Shown: one piece after another, positions 1 to 13,415 of the stretch
Position numbering within the stretch: position 1 is the stretch's first letter
Layout of the letters: the number at the start of each line of letters is the position of its first letter
Source: Felis catus
Taxonomy: Eukaryota
Direction of reading: 5' to 3'
Assembly: GCF_018350175.1 (NCBI RefSeq)
Contig: NC_058368.1
Span: 69,690,001-69,754,000 of the forward strand
DNA length: 64,000 nucleotides
Made by a program: the position numbers and the translations under genes
Notes under the pieces: generated by a model
Databases searched by the model: none
Told to the model about the DNA's origin: nothing
Seen by the model: only the letters and a program-made list of their open reading frames with translations

Positions 1-7
1 TTCATGA

Positions 8-178
8 GGCACCTGGGTGGCTCAGTCGGTTAAGCGTCTAAGGCTCAGGTCATGATCTCACTGTTTATGGGTTCAAGTCCCGCATCAGGCTCCATTCTGA
101 CAGCTTGGAGCCTGGAGCCTGCTTCAGATTCTGTGTCTCTTTCTCTCTCTTCCCCTCCCCTGCTCGTGCTCGCTCAAT

Positions 179-221
<43 letters not shown>

Positions 222-230
222 CCTCCCTCC
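8..230 (+). mobile_element. Can-SINE (SINEC) with (TC)n tract
   Basis: ggcacctgggtggctcagtcggttaag head; ggctcaggtcatgatctc; ggagcctgcttcagattctg. Confidence 0.9.
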
Positions 231-239
231 TTTGGACCT

Positions 240-1180
240 CATTTAATCTAGCAGAGTCCCTCCCTATTTTTTCTTCATGATACCATCTTGTTGAAGAAAC
301 AGGACCAGTTATACTCTAAAATATCCTACCTTCTAAATTTGTCAGATTTCTTCCTTGTGGTGCCACTTAGTTTCTTCCTCTATCCTCTGCATTTCCAGAA
401 AACTGGAAGTTAGTTCTATAGGCCTGATGGATCAAGTTGAATATTTTTGGCCAGAATCTACCAGAAGTGATGTGAACTTCCTATTTCATGAATGGTACTA
501 AGATTCATCATTGAATTAGGGTGGTGATGTTCTGATCTTGCCATTGTGAGGCAAAGTCATGTTACTTTGTCTTTATGCAAATGTCCAATCTCCTGAATGG
601 TTTTTACAGCGATTCACAGTGCTTGCCAGAGTCCATAATTTCTTTAGATGTCATGGAATGAGGATTCTTGCTGTTATTATGAGTTGGCATACTTCTGTAA
701 AGAACTTTGCCTCATTTTCCTGTATATCCTGAAATACCCCTTCTATTGAGAGAGGCAGATTCCAGACTCAAGTTTTTGGTTAGGTTACCAAGTTTTGAAT
801 AAAGAATTGCTTCAGTAGTCTCCAATGGTGATACATTTTCTGGCTTTCTCATTGAATACTGAAATGAACTCAACAATTTTCATCAATTCCATGTGTTTTG
901 AGTCACTTTAATTATTCTTGTTGCTACTCACGTTGCCACAGCCTTGGCGAGTGGACATCCCTTCAAGATGTTTCTTTTGCTTTTTTAATACAGCCCATGT
1001 ATATTTCAAAGCTGCCTTGCTTTCTGCCATCACTCGATATTTCAGGCCCACTTTGTACCTCTCCTTACCAGATACCTGAAATCCACCATTTCTCTATGGA
1101 GAAAATTTAGGAGTTCATATTGATTTTTTTCAAATCAGTTTTTACGTTGCACTATTTTTTATTTAATTTCTTTTATTTAT
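240..1180 (-). mobile_element. Probable degraded old L1 (L1M-type) fragment
   Basis: AT-rich sequence resembling antisense old L1 3' regions; family uncertain. Confidence 0.4.
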
Positions 1181-1199
1181 AAATACCTTATCTCTTGCC

Positions 1200-1442
1200 A
1201 CACCTGGGCTCAGTTGGTTGTGTGTCTGACTCTTAATTTCGGCTCAGGTCATGATCCCAGGGTTGTGGGAATGAGCCTTGCACAGGGTTCTGTGCTGAGC
1301 CGGGAGCCTACTTGGGACTCTCTCTCTCTCTCTCTCTCACTCTCTCACTCTCTCCTCCTCCTCCTCCTCCTCCTCCTCCTCCTCCCCTGCTTGTGCATGC
1401 TCTCTCTCTCTCTCTCTCTCTTTTTCTCTCTCTCAAAATAAG
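1200..1442 (+). mobile_element. Can-SINE with (TC)n/(CTC)n expansions
   Basis: ggctcaggtcatgatcccagggttgtggga...tctcaaaataa. Confidence 0.88.
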
Positions 1443-1741
1443 TACCCCTTCTCTTTTACCAAAAAATGTTTACTTGCTTTATTCCGCAATATAAAGAAAA
1501 TATAACTTTAAACTAAATTCAGTTTTACAGATCTGGTAACTGAGGCTTTTGGAAGAACCTAAGTGAATATTACACCACACAAAAAAACACACTCTTGTCT
1601 TTCCAATTCCATTGGCAAAAAAAGTTGTTCCTAACCATAATAAGCTATTGTTATTATCTGAGCCTTATGTTTTAGTATATTTGATCTGTGGAAAAAAAAT
1701 TATACCCTGAAAAAATTATAGAGTGGCAAGATACAGCCTTG

Positions 1742-1966
1742 GGTTTTTGTTTTTGTTTTGTTTTTTTTTTTAAGTTTATTTGGAGAGAGAGAGAAAAAGA
1801 GTGAGTGGGGGAGGGGCAGTGAGCGAGGGAGAGAGAGAATCCCAAGCAGGCTCCACGCTATCAGTGCAGAGCCGGACTCAAGGCTCAAACTTGCAAACTA
1901 TGAGATCATGATCTGAGCCAAAACTAAGAAGTGGAAGCTTAACTGACTGAGCCATTCAGGTGCTCC
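1742..1966 (-). mobile_element. Can-SINE
   Basis: T-rich tail, (GA)n, then ttaactgactgagccattcaggtgctcc. Confidence 0.88.
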
Positions 1967-2274
1967 GTCTTAGGTCTTTGTATGGAGAGGCACAGCCATA
2001 GAACAAAATGTGTTACTCATCATGTGAAAAGATTACCACGTGTTTCCTGGTCCTTTGAATGAGGTATGACTGTTTACACCGCCGTCAGTGGTACTGGGAA
2101 CTCATTCCAGCCGGCACAGACTTTCTTTTCCTTGGTTTGTATACCTTTCTCTAGTCCCTCACAGTGTGGACGAGCTGTCAGAAGTGAGCCTGACTTTGAC
2201 ACCAAACCTCCCACCCTCTTTGCATGGCGCCAGCCTCTAGGTGTGTGACGAATCATTTTTATTTGCGTCCGCAG

Positions 2275-2372
2275 GTACCTGTTTGCTCTGCAGGTGAAGC
2301 AGGATCTGGCTCAAGGCAGGCTGACGTGCAATGATACCAGCGCGGCTCTCTTGATCTCACACATTGTACAAT
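2275..2372 (+). CDS. FARP1: FARP1 exon A (FERM domain; [32 protein letters not shown])
   Basis: gcag|G acceptor, T|gtaagt donor, 98 bp; translation matches the FARP1 FERM sequence as I recall it. Confidence 0.96.
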
Positions 2373-4295
2373 GTAAGTCCTGTTGGTTTCTCGATGAAGT
2401 CGCGTTGGCAGTAACGGTGATCCGGTCAATGGGGGAAAATAATCACATCCACGAAAAACAATAATTATGTCTTTTTGTTATTTTGTTACATGAGTGCCCA
2501 TGGATTGAAAACAATACCCCTAAAGCATCATTTAACAGGTGTGGCCCCCCAAACACTGGCCTGTGAATTCTGTGTCCTTTTCAAGGACTGGTGTGCTCTT
2601 GTTGATATCTCCGTTGATGCAGAGAAGAGGCTTGGACAGATGGTGGTCAAGTAAACTAAACTTGTTTGGTCCTGTTCTTGGATTGAATATTCATGATTGA
2701 ATATGGTACATTAGCCTTAAGACATAAACCTGTCAAAGATGATGCTTCTTGTATTCTGCTGTCCCAAGTTTAGTAAACCTCAAGACACAGGAAGCTGGAC
2801 TGAATCCTAGTGATGCTTGAGACTAGATATTTTGCTTCCTTAATCTAGGCAAAGGATAAATTAGATTGTACTCATTCTAAGGCATATTGACAACCCAGCT
2901 GGGCATTGTTTTTTCTTCTTGGCCAAGGCAGAAGTAACTTGTTGAAGTTACTTGAAATCGAATATGCACATAATGTTTCAAGAAGATGATTATGTCACAC
3001 GCATTAGCACTAGTATAAAAAAATTGTGCTGTCGTATCATTTTACAATTTCCGTTGTATCCAAAGCAGTCCCATATAATCAGCCCATTTGGATAACCGTC
3101 CAGTTAACATGATTTCCAAAGGTTTGTAGGAAGTGTCACTCCTAGTGGTCAATAAATTACTTAGCCCAATAGGATTAGGTGTTTCCAGAGACCATGCTTA
3201 TCTTCTTATTTTTTGTATATGGGTCTTACTGAAGATCTACCGGACTTAGGAAGTAATGTTATTGATTCGCCACGGCAGCAAGAAGCTAGAGCCATCGATT
3301 CTTCCACTGGCCCAGCTGGAACCAGATGAGTTGGCGCTCTTCAGTGCAGAGCAAATATTCTCGGTGCTTGCGATTTATAGCAACATGTAGGCCATATCCT
3401 GCATGATGAGTGGAGGTGTATTGCCCAAAGTGTGACAGGCTGCTTCACATGACAAAACGAAGGGGAGATGTCATAGCAACCATTCACTCACTTTTACTCA
3501 AAACAGCTGGGCTCTCTGGTTGTTACACAGACCATAGGATTCAAAGAAAATGACATGCTGTCCCAGAGGTATTAAATTGATATAAACGGAGCTGGAGCTA
3601 GTGTTGTTAAGGTATAATTATTACTTTATAGGTCTTTTCTTTAGATTTCCAGATCATAGCAATTTAGGGACTATGCAGAGGTTACATGAGAAAAATGGGC
3701 CTCCTGTTCCTTGTAGGTGAGACATTTGTAAGAGGCTGCCATCTGACCAGCCATTTCTGGCACTAGGACTGCAAGATACTTCATAAACTTTAATTATTTT
3801 ATTTTACCAAATTATGTATGTTTATACCTATTTACCATTGGCTTTTCTCTACCTGGTAAAGCATTTGGTAAACTCTTATTATCTACAAGAGTTTCAAAGT
3901 TGATTTTTTAAAGTCGAAAAATGCTGTGCTTATTTAGAAGTCATAAGGTCATGGTCCACATGTCTAGAATTGACTGCCTAGAGCAGAAGTGGTCCCAGTG
4001 GGGTGGGGAGGAAGAAACAAATCAGGAACATGGATGGGTGAAATTGGTTGATGCCAAAGTTTTCTTTGCAACTGGTAGAGACGAGAGTGGAGACCGTCCT
4101 GTTACGTCGGCACGATTGTTAAATCCATCCTCACAGGGTACCTTCTGACATCCAGCCCTTGTGATACCCACAGGCTGGGATCGCCTTGTCCGCTGCCTTC
4201 TGGTTTGCTGGCCAGAGAATGTTGCCCGAGGAACGTAACAGACTGTGAAGTATTAATTGTATGTGGCTGGGTTTTCTTTCTCTGTTTCCTGGTAG

Positions 4296-4410
4296 CCGAG
4301 ATTGGGGATTTCGATGAAGCATCAGACAGAGAGCATTTAGCAAAAAACAAGTACATACCTCAGCAAGATGCGCTAGAAGACAAAATCGTGGAGTATCACC
4401 ATAACCACAT
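4296..4410 (+). CDS. FARP1: FARP1 exon B (FERM; EIGDFDEASDREHLAKNKYIPQQDALEDKIVEYHHNH)
   Basis: Polypyrimidine tract + tag acceptor, AT|gtaagt donor, 115 bp, phase fits exons A and C. Confidence 0.96.
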
Positions 4411-4478
4411 GTAAGTCCCACTGGTCCCTTCATGTTTCCCTTGAGCTTCTCTCTGTCCTTCCAGCATAGGTGGGTGTA

Positions 4479-4539
<61 letters not shown>
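4479..4539. repeat. (CA)n microsatellite, about 30 units
   Basis: Perfect dinucleotide run about 70 nt after exon B. Confidence 0.97.
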
Positions 4540-4541
<2 letters not shown>

Positions 4542-5316
4542 TAACTGTTGGGAAGAAACACGCAAGGTGTGAGGGAGAAGAGCACAGACGTTCATGGGGG
4601 CCATTGTTCCTCACCTAGGACTCTCAATGCAGGTTCCCCGCTCAACACCAAAGTTCTAGGATCCTTGCTTGATTTCCTGTGATACTGGGGTATGTCTGGA
4701 ATTGAGGATACCCATGCTGTGGAATTAAAGGGAGAGTGTAAGACCAGTTAATAGGAAATCAGAAAAGGGACACGGTAAACTAGGGGCAAAGTAGGAATGT
4801 CATGAAAATCTAGCACCTTTGTATCCTCTCCATTTTTTTGTTTTGATCAGTAAAATATTTTCAAAAGATGCTCCGTGCCTATTGATTTTGTTGCTGTTTT
4901 CAAGGAGGGCACTTGAGCCCTGGTGATAGTATGCCAGAGTGTTGCCTTGAACTTCCCTTACAAGTTTAGGCCCATTGTCAGCGACTAAAAACGTGTTTGA
5001 ACACGATGGCGTTTTGCTTTTATATGACCTTAAAGGAAACTCTTTGAGATTCCAAAAAAAAAAAAAAAAAAAAAACAACTGGGCAAATGTGAGACAGACT
5101 TTTGGGGTGTTGTGTTACACAGGCAATAGGGCTTTTGTCCTAGCTGCTCGACTTTGGGTTGCAATGAATGGGAGGCTGGGTGTCATCTGATCAGGTAGCT
5201 CCATTGTTTGTGATGAAATGCCTTTTTATTTCCCAAGAGGAGTTGCCTAATCTCAAATTAATAGACACAGGCAATTCAAATCACCTGGACTTTCTCTTTA
5301 ATTTTTGTTTTGTCAG

Positions 5317-5464
5317 CGGACAAACACCAGCAGAATCAGATTTCCAACTTCTGGAGATTGCCCGTAGGCTGGAGATGTATGGGGTCCGGTTGCACCCGGC
5401 TAAGGACAGGGAAGGTACGAAGATCAACCTGGCTGTTGCCAACACGGGAATTCTAGTGTTTCAG
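5317..5464 (+). CDS. FARP1: FARP1 exon C ([53 protein letters not shown])
   Basis: tcag acceptor, CAG|gtaaga donor, 148 bp; LEMYG FERM motif. Confidence 0.97.
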
Positions 5465-6089
5465 GTAAGAGCACTTAGAACACAGCTCAGTTCCCCTGGT
5501 GATGGAAAGATAAGAGTTGGCCCTTCAACTCTGATTGCGCGTTGGGTGGGCCAAGTTAAGACCTCTGATGGTTAATTTTAGGTGAACAGGGAGAAACTAA
5601 CCTCACCTTAGGGTTTCTATTTCTTTCCAGGCCCTCCACTTCCAGATTCTACTTCATTTGCCCTTGCTCTGGTTGGGAAATGCACAAAGATTTGCTTGTG
5701 TTTATTGACTTGGTAATCTCTGTCAGTGGACCTGTGCTCAAAACACAGTATAATAGAATCAGGATTTCAGACCCCCCAAAATAAACACTTTCTTCACACT
5801 GGCACATGATAGTCATGTGGTTCCCCCCTCTCTTTTTTAACCTGTTGAGTTTTTTTTTTAACCAAATTTAGGGATTCTTAAGCCTAATTTAGGTTTTACC
5901 TACGTCAGCTTATTTGTGACTTCAGATATACATACTTGAAAAGGGTAATGTGTACTTTTAAAGATACAGCAGTTTTATAAATTTCTACAAAGCCACGTAT
6001 AGTAACTTTGTAGTAAAACACTGCACTTGAATTCGTACCTGTGTTTTACTTAAGGACATAATTTTCTGTACTCTGAAATGTGTACTGTC

Positions 6090-6326
6090 TTTTTTTAAAG
6101 TTTGAAAATATTTTTTTAATGTTTATGAGAGAGAGAGTGAGAGAGCGCACGCTCACATGCATGAGTCGGGGAGGGGCAGAGGGGCTGGGGACACAAAATC
6201 CGAAGCAGGCTCCAGGCTCCAAGCTGTCAGCACAGAGCCTGGCGCGGGGCTCAAACTCATGAACCGTGAGATCGTGACCTGAGCCAGAGTCCAACGCTTA
6301 ACCAACTGAGACACCCAGGCTCCCCA
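6090..6326 (-). mobile_element. Can-SINE
   Basis: aagcaggctccaggctc...gagatcgtgacctgagcc...acccaggctcccc. Confidence 0.9.
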
Positions 6327-6384
6327 TGAAATGTACGCTCTCTTGGTTGCACTGTTAGATTCTTCTACTGACAGTGCTTCTTTT

Positions 6385-6550
6385 TGTTTCTTAACAGCTT
6401 CTTTGAGGTGTTATTGACATAGAATAAAATGCACATATTTAAAGTGTGCAGTTTCATAAGTTCTTGTATATGTATATCCTGAAGCAATCAATGAAATCAA
6501 GACAATGAACATATTCATCACCCCCAAAAGTGTCCTCAATGCTTTTCTTT
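6385..6550 (-). mobile_element. Old L1 (L1M) 3' end fragment
   Basis: aaaatgcacatatttaaagtgtgcagtt...aacatattcatcacccccaaaag. Confidence 0.65.
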
Positions 6551-8009
6551 TAAACAAAATCGAGAGTAATCCATGCTTTGGTTTCATAGGGGTATGGAGA
6601 AAGTGTCTGCCTTTAAGTAGGGTAATCTTCACCAGTTTTGAAGGCATAGATATGTACACAATCTAAAACATTTTGGTTTATATTTGGTTTTGGTTATATT
6701 GTCCCTTCGTATTTTACCAAATTGGTCTCAGTGCTTCTCTGCTCCTGTATCAGATGTTTATGGTGGACACGGATTATCATAGGATCCTGTCCCAGGCGGA
6801 GTCGAGGTTGGGTTTCATATGGGAGAGTAAGAAGGGAAGGTTTGAAAGCAGTGTACGATACTTGAGGTAGCTTAACAATTGGTCTGAACAATTTCTGAAC
6901 TGCCAAAATAACATAGGAGTACTTGATGAGCAAAATGACAATAAGCCAAATGTAAAGCTTTCAGTCCTACCGTTAAATTTTGAAATCAGAACCCTTAAGC
7001 ATTTTTAAAAATCATGGGGGGGGGGGGGGGAAGAAGTGCCTCACAATTGAATTAACGTGCTTTGATTATATTTGATACAATCTAAATATTGAGAATTACG
7101 CAGTAGTTTAATCGTGTACCAAGGCTGTATCTTGGAATTAATCTTGCCAGTGCCTAATTGCTTCATTCTTACCAATTTCAATACATGGTCCTGGTGTTTC
7201 AGCAGCTCTGGAGGAATTCTAATTTAGGCGGAGATGACAGGACAGATGGGAGCTGGTGTCTGGTCGCTTCCCCTTACTTCTCCATCACCCTGTTCCTCAC
7301 AGGAACAGGGACACAGGAACACCCTGTTCCATCACACCTGACTTTCAGAACGAGGATGTGTGAGTCCTTCCCAGAGACTGTTCTCTGGTCTAGAAGACAA
7401 ACCACAGGCCGGGACTCCCTTCCCCATCCTGCTTGTGCTGCTGGGAGCCAGACCAGTGTGCACCTTGGAGGTTGACCACCAGCCTGGTGTGTTGCTTTTA
7501 TGGAAATTAACAGTCGCTGCTGGTGAAGGCACATGGTGGGGCACCTCATTCTGCCACGTGAGCTGTGTGATTTTGGACAAATTAAAATAAATTCATGCAG
7601 CAGTTTCCACATCTGTGAAAGAGAGATAACAAACCCATCTCACTGGGTTTTGTATAAGGTTTGGTAAGATAAGGTCTGTAAAGTCCTTTCCCTGGCACTG
7701 GAAAGTGATGGTCACTAATTGTTGTGGTTGCCATGGTTTTTATTGTTATTTATCTTTCTTAGCATCCTTCCTTTGGCCAGCCGCTTCCCTCCCTGGAGGC
7801 AACCTTAGTTTGAATACCAAAGCATATAATTAGTGAAAGATAATGTTCCAGGAACAGGCATCACCCACAGCTGCAAATCCTAGCAAATTCTCTAGCAAAA
7901 GGCATTCTTCCCAAGCAGTCAAAAGCAGGTCCCTATATGCAAGGCAAACCACCTCCCATGTTGCTTCTTCTGCGTTTCCTGGCTCACTGGCTGATCCCTT
8001 CCTTTGCAG

Positions 8010-8105
8010 GGTTTCACCAAGATCAACGCCTTCAACTGGGCGAAAGTGCGCAAGCTGAGCTTCAAGAGGAAGCGCTTTCTCATCAAGCTCCGCCCAGACG
8101 CAAAC
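8010..8105 (+). CDS. FARP1: FARP1 exon D (FERM C-lobe; [32 protein letters not shown])
   Basis: gcag acceptor, AAC|gtaagt donor, 96 bp. Confidence 0.97.
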
Positions 8106-9147
8106 GTAAGTGGGCGGGGCGGGATGACGCCAGGCAGGTGTCTGAGGGTCTGTGCCGAGTGTCCTGCCCAGAGGCTCAATCACCGTGCTGTCACCTGGGT
8201 AGACACAGCCAGGGTAGAGAATGTTCAGCCCCTCCCGACAAACCCATGCCTTTGCTGGGCTCCAGCCTCCAGGCCATCCCCTCGAGACCCCGTTCAGCAT
8301 CCGCAGTATTCGGGGCGCACCCCTGGCCGCACAAGCCTCCAGCTCTCCCCAGCCCTCGCGTCCCTACTCTTGTCCCCTGACCTCTGACAGCACATTCTCG
8401 CAAGCTAAGCAGGTCCACCCCATTTTCTGGAGAACCCCTGAGGATATCGCTCACCCCAGGACCGGATCAGAGAAGGAGCGTCTCCTTCCCCCCGCGGGAA
8501 ATGGCAATGGCGGAGATGGCTGATTGATCCTGGTGTCCCCAACCAGAACTTGGGAGAGTTTTGTTCCCGTGGAAAAAAAAGATGATAAATGGCAGTCTAA
8601 CCTTACCGTTCAGCTACCGAATGGATTAAATGAGCTTTTATGGCCTGACCTAGGAAGCAACCGCCCATTATAAGTTGTTTTCTATGGGAAAATTCTTTTG
8701 GAGTTCTAAAAGGCCACTTGCAAATGCAGAATTGCCTCAGCTTGTTTGTAAGTTGGGTCTGCCCAGAACTGTGAGATTCCCCCCAAAAGAGTTGGAAGTT
8801 CTGGGAACCGTTAAGGCTGTAGTAATTCCTGTTTATATAATAGGGCCACTTACATTGAGAGCATTCAGCCTGGGAATACAAAATGACACTCTCCCCTTTC
8901 CAGAATCAAAGGACATGACTTTTTCAGCCTTGAGTGATACTTTTGTGTTCCAGAAAAAAAAAATGATCATTTCCTGTGGGGTCCCCTGGAGGTTTGAGCC
9001 ATATGCTACTTGACAGAGAAGAGACTTACGACCAGTATGCAAAGTCGGCATGAGCCATGAGGGAGAAAACAGAAGAGTGTGTTTCAGTTATTGTAAGGAG
9101 GCAGAACAGGAATTTCAGTAGTTGGATTTTTTTTAAGAAGGAAATAT

Positions 9148-9365
9148 GGGGGTGCCTGGGTGGCTCAGTCAGTTGAACATCGACTCTTCGTTTCAGCTCA
9201 GGTCATGATCTCATGGTTCATGGGATGAAGCCCCACATTGGGCTCTGCACTGACAGTGTGGAGTGTGCTTTGGGTTCTCTCTCCCTCTCCCTCTCTCTCT
9301 CTGTCCCTTCCCAGCTTGTGCTCACTATCCATCTCTCTCAAAGTAAATAAACTAAAAAAAAAAAG
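9148..9365 (+). mobile_element. Can-SINE
   Basis: ggggtgcctgggtggctcagtc head, aaataaa/A tail, flanking ggaaatat duplication. Confidence 0.9.
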
Positions 9366-9439
9366 AAGAAGGAGGAGGAGGAAATATAAGCCACGTAAAC
9401 AAAATTTGTTCATGAATTCTGTCACAAGAAATGTTAGGA

Positions 9440-9662
9440 GGGGCCCCTGGGTGGCTCAGTCGGTTGAGCGACCGACTTCGGCTCAGGTCATGATCTCACA
9501 GTTCATGAGTTGAGTCCCGCGTCGGGCTCTGTGCTGACAGCTCAGAGCCTGGAGCCCGCTTCGGATTCTGTGTCTCACTCTCTGTCTGCCCCATCCCCAC
9601 TCATGCTCTGTCTCTCTCTGTCTTAAAAATAAATAAAACATTAAAAAATTAAAAAAAAAAAG
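9440..9662 (+). mobile_element. Can-SINE (felid type)
   Basis: Full length, A tail, flanking aaatgttagga duplication. Confidence 0.92.
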
Positions 9663-9924
9663 AAAAATGTTAGGAGTTCTGTGAATTACCCCTGTTTTCT
9701 GTTAGCTCCTCTAAGGAATTTTGTGAGGGGAAAATGGTTGAATGATGACTAGATTTTGTCATTAGGAACAACTCTATTTTACTAACTATGTGAATTTGTG
9801 GTCGTGCTATAATAAAATGCACCAGTGAAATTTTATTGGACATACTTCTTTTCTGGCCCTTTTCTCATGTTTCAACCTGATGTCTGTGGGTCAAGGGGGA
9901 GAAAATGGTCTTTTCTCTTTTTAG

Positions 9925-10088
9925 AGCTCGTACCAGGATACCTTGGAATTTCTAATGGCCAGTCGGGATTTTTGCAAGTCGTTCTGGAAAATCTGTGTTG
10001 AACATCATGCCTTTTTTAGACTTTTTGAAGAGCCCAAACCAAAGCCAAAGCCTGTTCTCTTTAGTCGAGGCTCATCATTCCGGTTCAG
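9925..10088 (+). CDS. FARP1: FARP1 exon E (FERM end/FERM-adjacent; [54 protein letters not shown])
   Basis: tttag acceptor, CAG|gtaagg donor, 164 bp; WKxCVEHHxFFRL and GSxFRF motifs. Confidence 0.97.
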
Positions 10089-10808
10089 GTAAGGATTCCA
10101 TAGCACACCTCTCGTGTCCGCCACGGGAGCATTTGTCCCGAGACGTCCTTCTCCTACCCTCTGGTGCTGCTGCTACACAGTACAGTGGGGAGCTAAGTGG
10201 AAAGTTGGCCTCTGGGAGCTATGGCTGGTGGGGTGATTGCTCGGTCATTCCAGCGGCGTCCTGGAATGACCAGGAGGTCATGTTCTGCTCGAACATTGGC
10301 CAAGAGGCCCTTCACCCCGCCACAGTAAACTCCAAACAGGACCCTCTAATTCAGGAGGATTCCCTTTCTCTGGAGAAGCAAGTGTCTTGTTAACATTTGG
10401 TGTAGCCTTCGGGAATGTTGTGTGCACTTGCCCAGCACTGCTTCACTTTCTCCCTCTTTCAACAAACATTTGAGTGTTTGCTGCGTATCAAATCCTGTTC
10501 TAAGCACTGGGGATATACAGTGAACAAAATTAGCCCTGTGTCCTCGAAGCATGTAGACTCTTGCTCAGGATGGTGGCTTCGTAATCAAACAGAATTATTT
10601 AGAAGGAAAATGCCAAGAAATGCAATGGACATACATTTTTCTCAGAGAAACACAAGTTCCTCCCAGAACTGCTTTTATCCCCAGCTAGCTGAGAAAGCCC
10701 ACCTATCTCCCAGTTGTGGAAGGAGGGGAGGTAGAGACGGGGTGTTGTGTGTTTCAGTGAGAATCCCTTGCCGTCTCCTTTCCTTCCCTCTCGTTGTCTT
10801 CCCTTTAG

Positions 10809-10877
10809 CGGTCGGACTCAGAAGCAGGTTCTCGACTTTGTTAAAGAAGGAGGACATAAGAAAGTGCAGTTTGAAAG
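10809..10877 (+). CDS. FARP1: FARP1 exon F (FERM-adjacent; GRTQKQVLDFVKEGGHKKVQFE)
   Basis: tttag acceptor, AG|gtaaga donor, 69 bp; completes the SGRT motif with exon E. Confidence 0.95.
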
Positions 10878-11377
10878 GTAAGAGAAACTTCGATGCTACT
10901 TCGACTTGACAAGAGTCATCGTCTGCAGGTGACAGTGCTTTGCTCCTGACTGTCTCTTCACCCAGGCCTGGTGAATTACCATATCAGGGCCTCACAGTCA
11001 ACCTGGGCCAGTTTAGTGTTAGGAACATTCGAGGGCTGGGGCACACCTCAAGGATAAGATGAGATGTAAACAGACCTGGAGGGCCAAGTGAGGAAGAGGA
11101 GGAAACCAGCAGGGGATGGAATGGAAGAGGAACAGGAAGGAGATTGCAGTGGGGCTAAAGCACAGTAAAAACTTCCTCCTCTCTTTGTCCTTGAGTGTCT
11201 TGGGATTTGAATCAAAAGTATTTCTATAAACTTTTAAATTAAATACAGCTTGGATGAGAAGCAGGATTTATTGCTGTTGTTAGCAAATGCTTACAGCTCT
11301 TGCTGCGTTCCACGCACTTTGCATACATTAACTCAGTCTTCATACCAGCTGTGTGAGGTCAGTGCTCTCCTAGTCCC

Positions 11378-11586
11378 TTTTTTAAATACTTACTTATTTA
11401 TTTTTGAGAGAAAGAGGTTGTGAGCAGGGGAGGAACAGAGAGAGAGGGAGACCGAGAATCCAAAGCAGGCTCCGTATTGTCAGTGCACAGCCCGACGCGC
11501 GGCACGAACTCCTGAACCGTGAGATCATGACCTGAGCAGAAACCGAGACTCAGATGTTTAACTGACTGAGCCACCCAGGTGCCCCT
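11378..11586 (-). mobile_element. Can-SINE, probably inserted in a MIR
   Basis: Near-perfect flanking duplication ctctcct(a/g)gtcccttt. Confidence 0.9.
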
Positions 11587-11755
11587 CTCCTGGTCCCTTT
11601 ATAAAGATGGAGACACTGAAGCTCAAAGAACTCAGGTCTCAGAACTGACAAGTGGCCCCTGGTCAACCAGCATCAAAGCCCCATGCCCTGAGCAAGGCTC
11701 TGTCGCCAGAGAGGGGAGAAGGTGAGAATCCAGAGATTAAAAGAAAAGGGTAATT

Positions 11756-11960
11756 GGGACACCTGGGTGGCTTAATCGGTTAAGCCTCTGACTTCAGCTC
11801 AGGTCATGATCTGATGGTTTGTGAGTTCGAGCCCCGTGTCGGGTTCTGTGCTGACAGCTCAGCGCCTGGAACCTGCTTCGGATTCTGTTTGTCCCTCTCT
11901 GTGCCTCCCCTGCTCACACACTGTCTCTTACTGTCTCTCAAAAATAAATAAACATCAAAA
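11756..11960 (+). mobile_element. Can-SINE
   Basis: gggacacctgggtggc head; aaaataaataaacat tail. Confidence 0.9.
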
Positions 11961-12386
11961 CAATTTGTTTTTAATAGAAGGGTAAAAGGGTGGAGCTGTG
12001 GTGCACTGAGGGCTGTTTGGTGCATGTGCATTTTTTAAAAACATTTTTATTTTTTATATTTTAACATATCTTAAAATAACTGCGAAGTACAGAGATCACA
12101 GCAAACGTCCATATTTCTTTCCATTTCTGTTTTTTTTTTTGTTTTTGTCTTTGTTTTTACCTTTTTGTGTGTAATTACTGTTACGACAGATATGGCTAAA
12201 ACCCCCTTAACGAACAGCCACCTTTGTTACTTCCCTTCTCTCCTTCCCAGAGGCAACAACTGCCAACTTCACATTATTTCTTTTACACATATTTATGCAT
12301 TAAAAAAAAAATATGCAGCATTTCTCTCGGGTGTACTTTTTCATTGATTTAACTAGTATCGCACTGTACATAATTCTGCATCTTGC

Positions 12387-12592
12387 TTTTTTTTTTTAAT
12401 GTTTGTTTATTTTTGAAGAGAGACAGAGCATGAGTGGGAGAGGGGCAGAGAGAGAGGGAGACATAGAATTCGAAGCAGGCTCCAGGCTCTGAGCTGTCAG
12501 CACAGAGTCCAACGTTGGACTCAAACTCATGAACCGTGAGGTTATGACCTGAGCCAAAGTCAGACGCTTAACTGACTGAGACACCCAGCATC
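12387..12592 (-). mobile_element. Can-SINE
   Basis: Poly-T then gagacagagcatgagtgggagaggggcagagagagaggg. Confidence 0.9.
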
Positions 12593-13415
12593 CTGCTTTT
12601 TAAACCCTGACCTGATTTGGAGATCTGTGTTGATGTCCTTCGGTATTGTGAAAGTATTTCATTTTATTTATCTGATTTTCTGTTGATAAACAAACCTGAA
12701 TGTTGGTATTTTGTTTCACTCTGGCTGAAACAAACCTGCTGCTGTGACCATCCTTGTGTTTTTGGAGTCTTTTGAAGAAAAGCTGAATGTACATTAGCAT
12801 TTAATCCCTCTGTGTTTATAGTTTCATCATTTGAGTACCTGAAAATTTCTAAGGCCTGTTCACGGAGGAAAAGGAGGGCACTCAGAGACTAAGGGAGGGA
12901 ACAGATAAAGGAGAGTGTTAGTGGCATGAAAGCCAGTTCCTGGTCCCGTTGAATCTGTAAATTCATTCATGGGGCAGGCCTTCTGTGAACTCAACACTGG
13001 GAAAGAGTTAGCTGATGAGTAGTAGTCACCTCTGTTATAGAACTAATCTAGAAAATCATTGCCCAGAATACATGAATTGCTTTCATATTGTCAGGCCAGA
13101 ATTTGCAATTCAGAGCATACTCAGCCCAGCCAACTCTCCCTCCCAGTGACTCTCCTACAACTAGAAAGGTAATGCTCAATGGCTAGTGTTCCTGACCAGC
13201 TGTACCACTCGAACAGGAGCAGGGGATTGCTGAGAGTGTTTTCAGGGTTTAAGTATACCCTGAACCCTGTAAGTGCTATGAAAAGGACGACTGTTTCCAG
13301 GGAGCATCCATATACACTACTTCACTCATCTTCATATTGAGGAAGGCATAAGACTTATTTTTCATTTAAGAAAACAGCTTTTCTCACTATGGCTCTCTTA
13401 CGTGATTTCTCCCAG

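Noticed and set aside
52..246. Short ORFs with SLSLSL or ERERE runs here and at other SINEs
   Set aside because: Translations of Can-SINE (TC)n/(GA)n tracts.
9440..9520. tRNA-like A/B box sequence
   Set aside because: This is the tRNA-derived head of a Can-SINE, not a tRNA gene.
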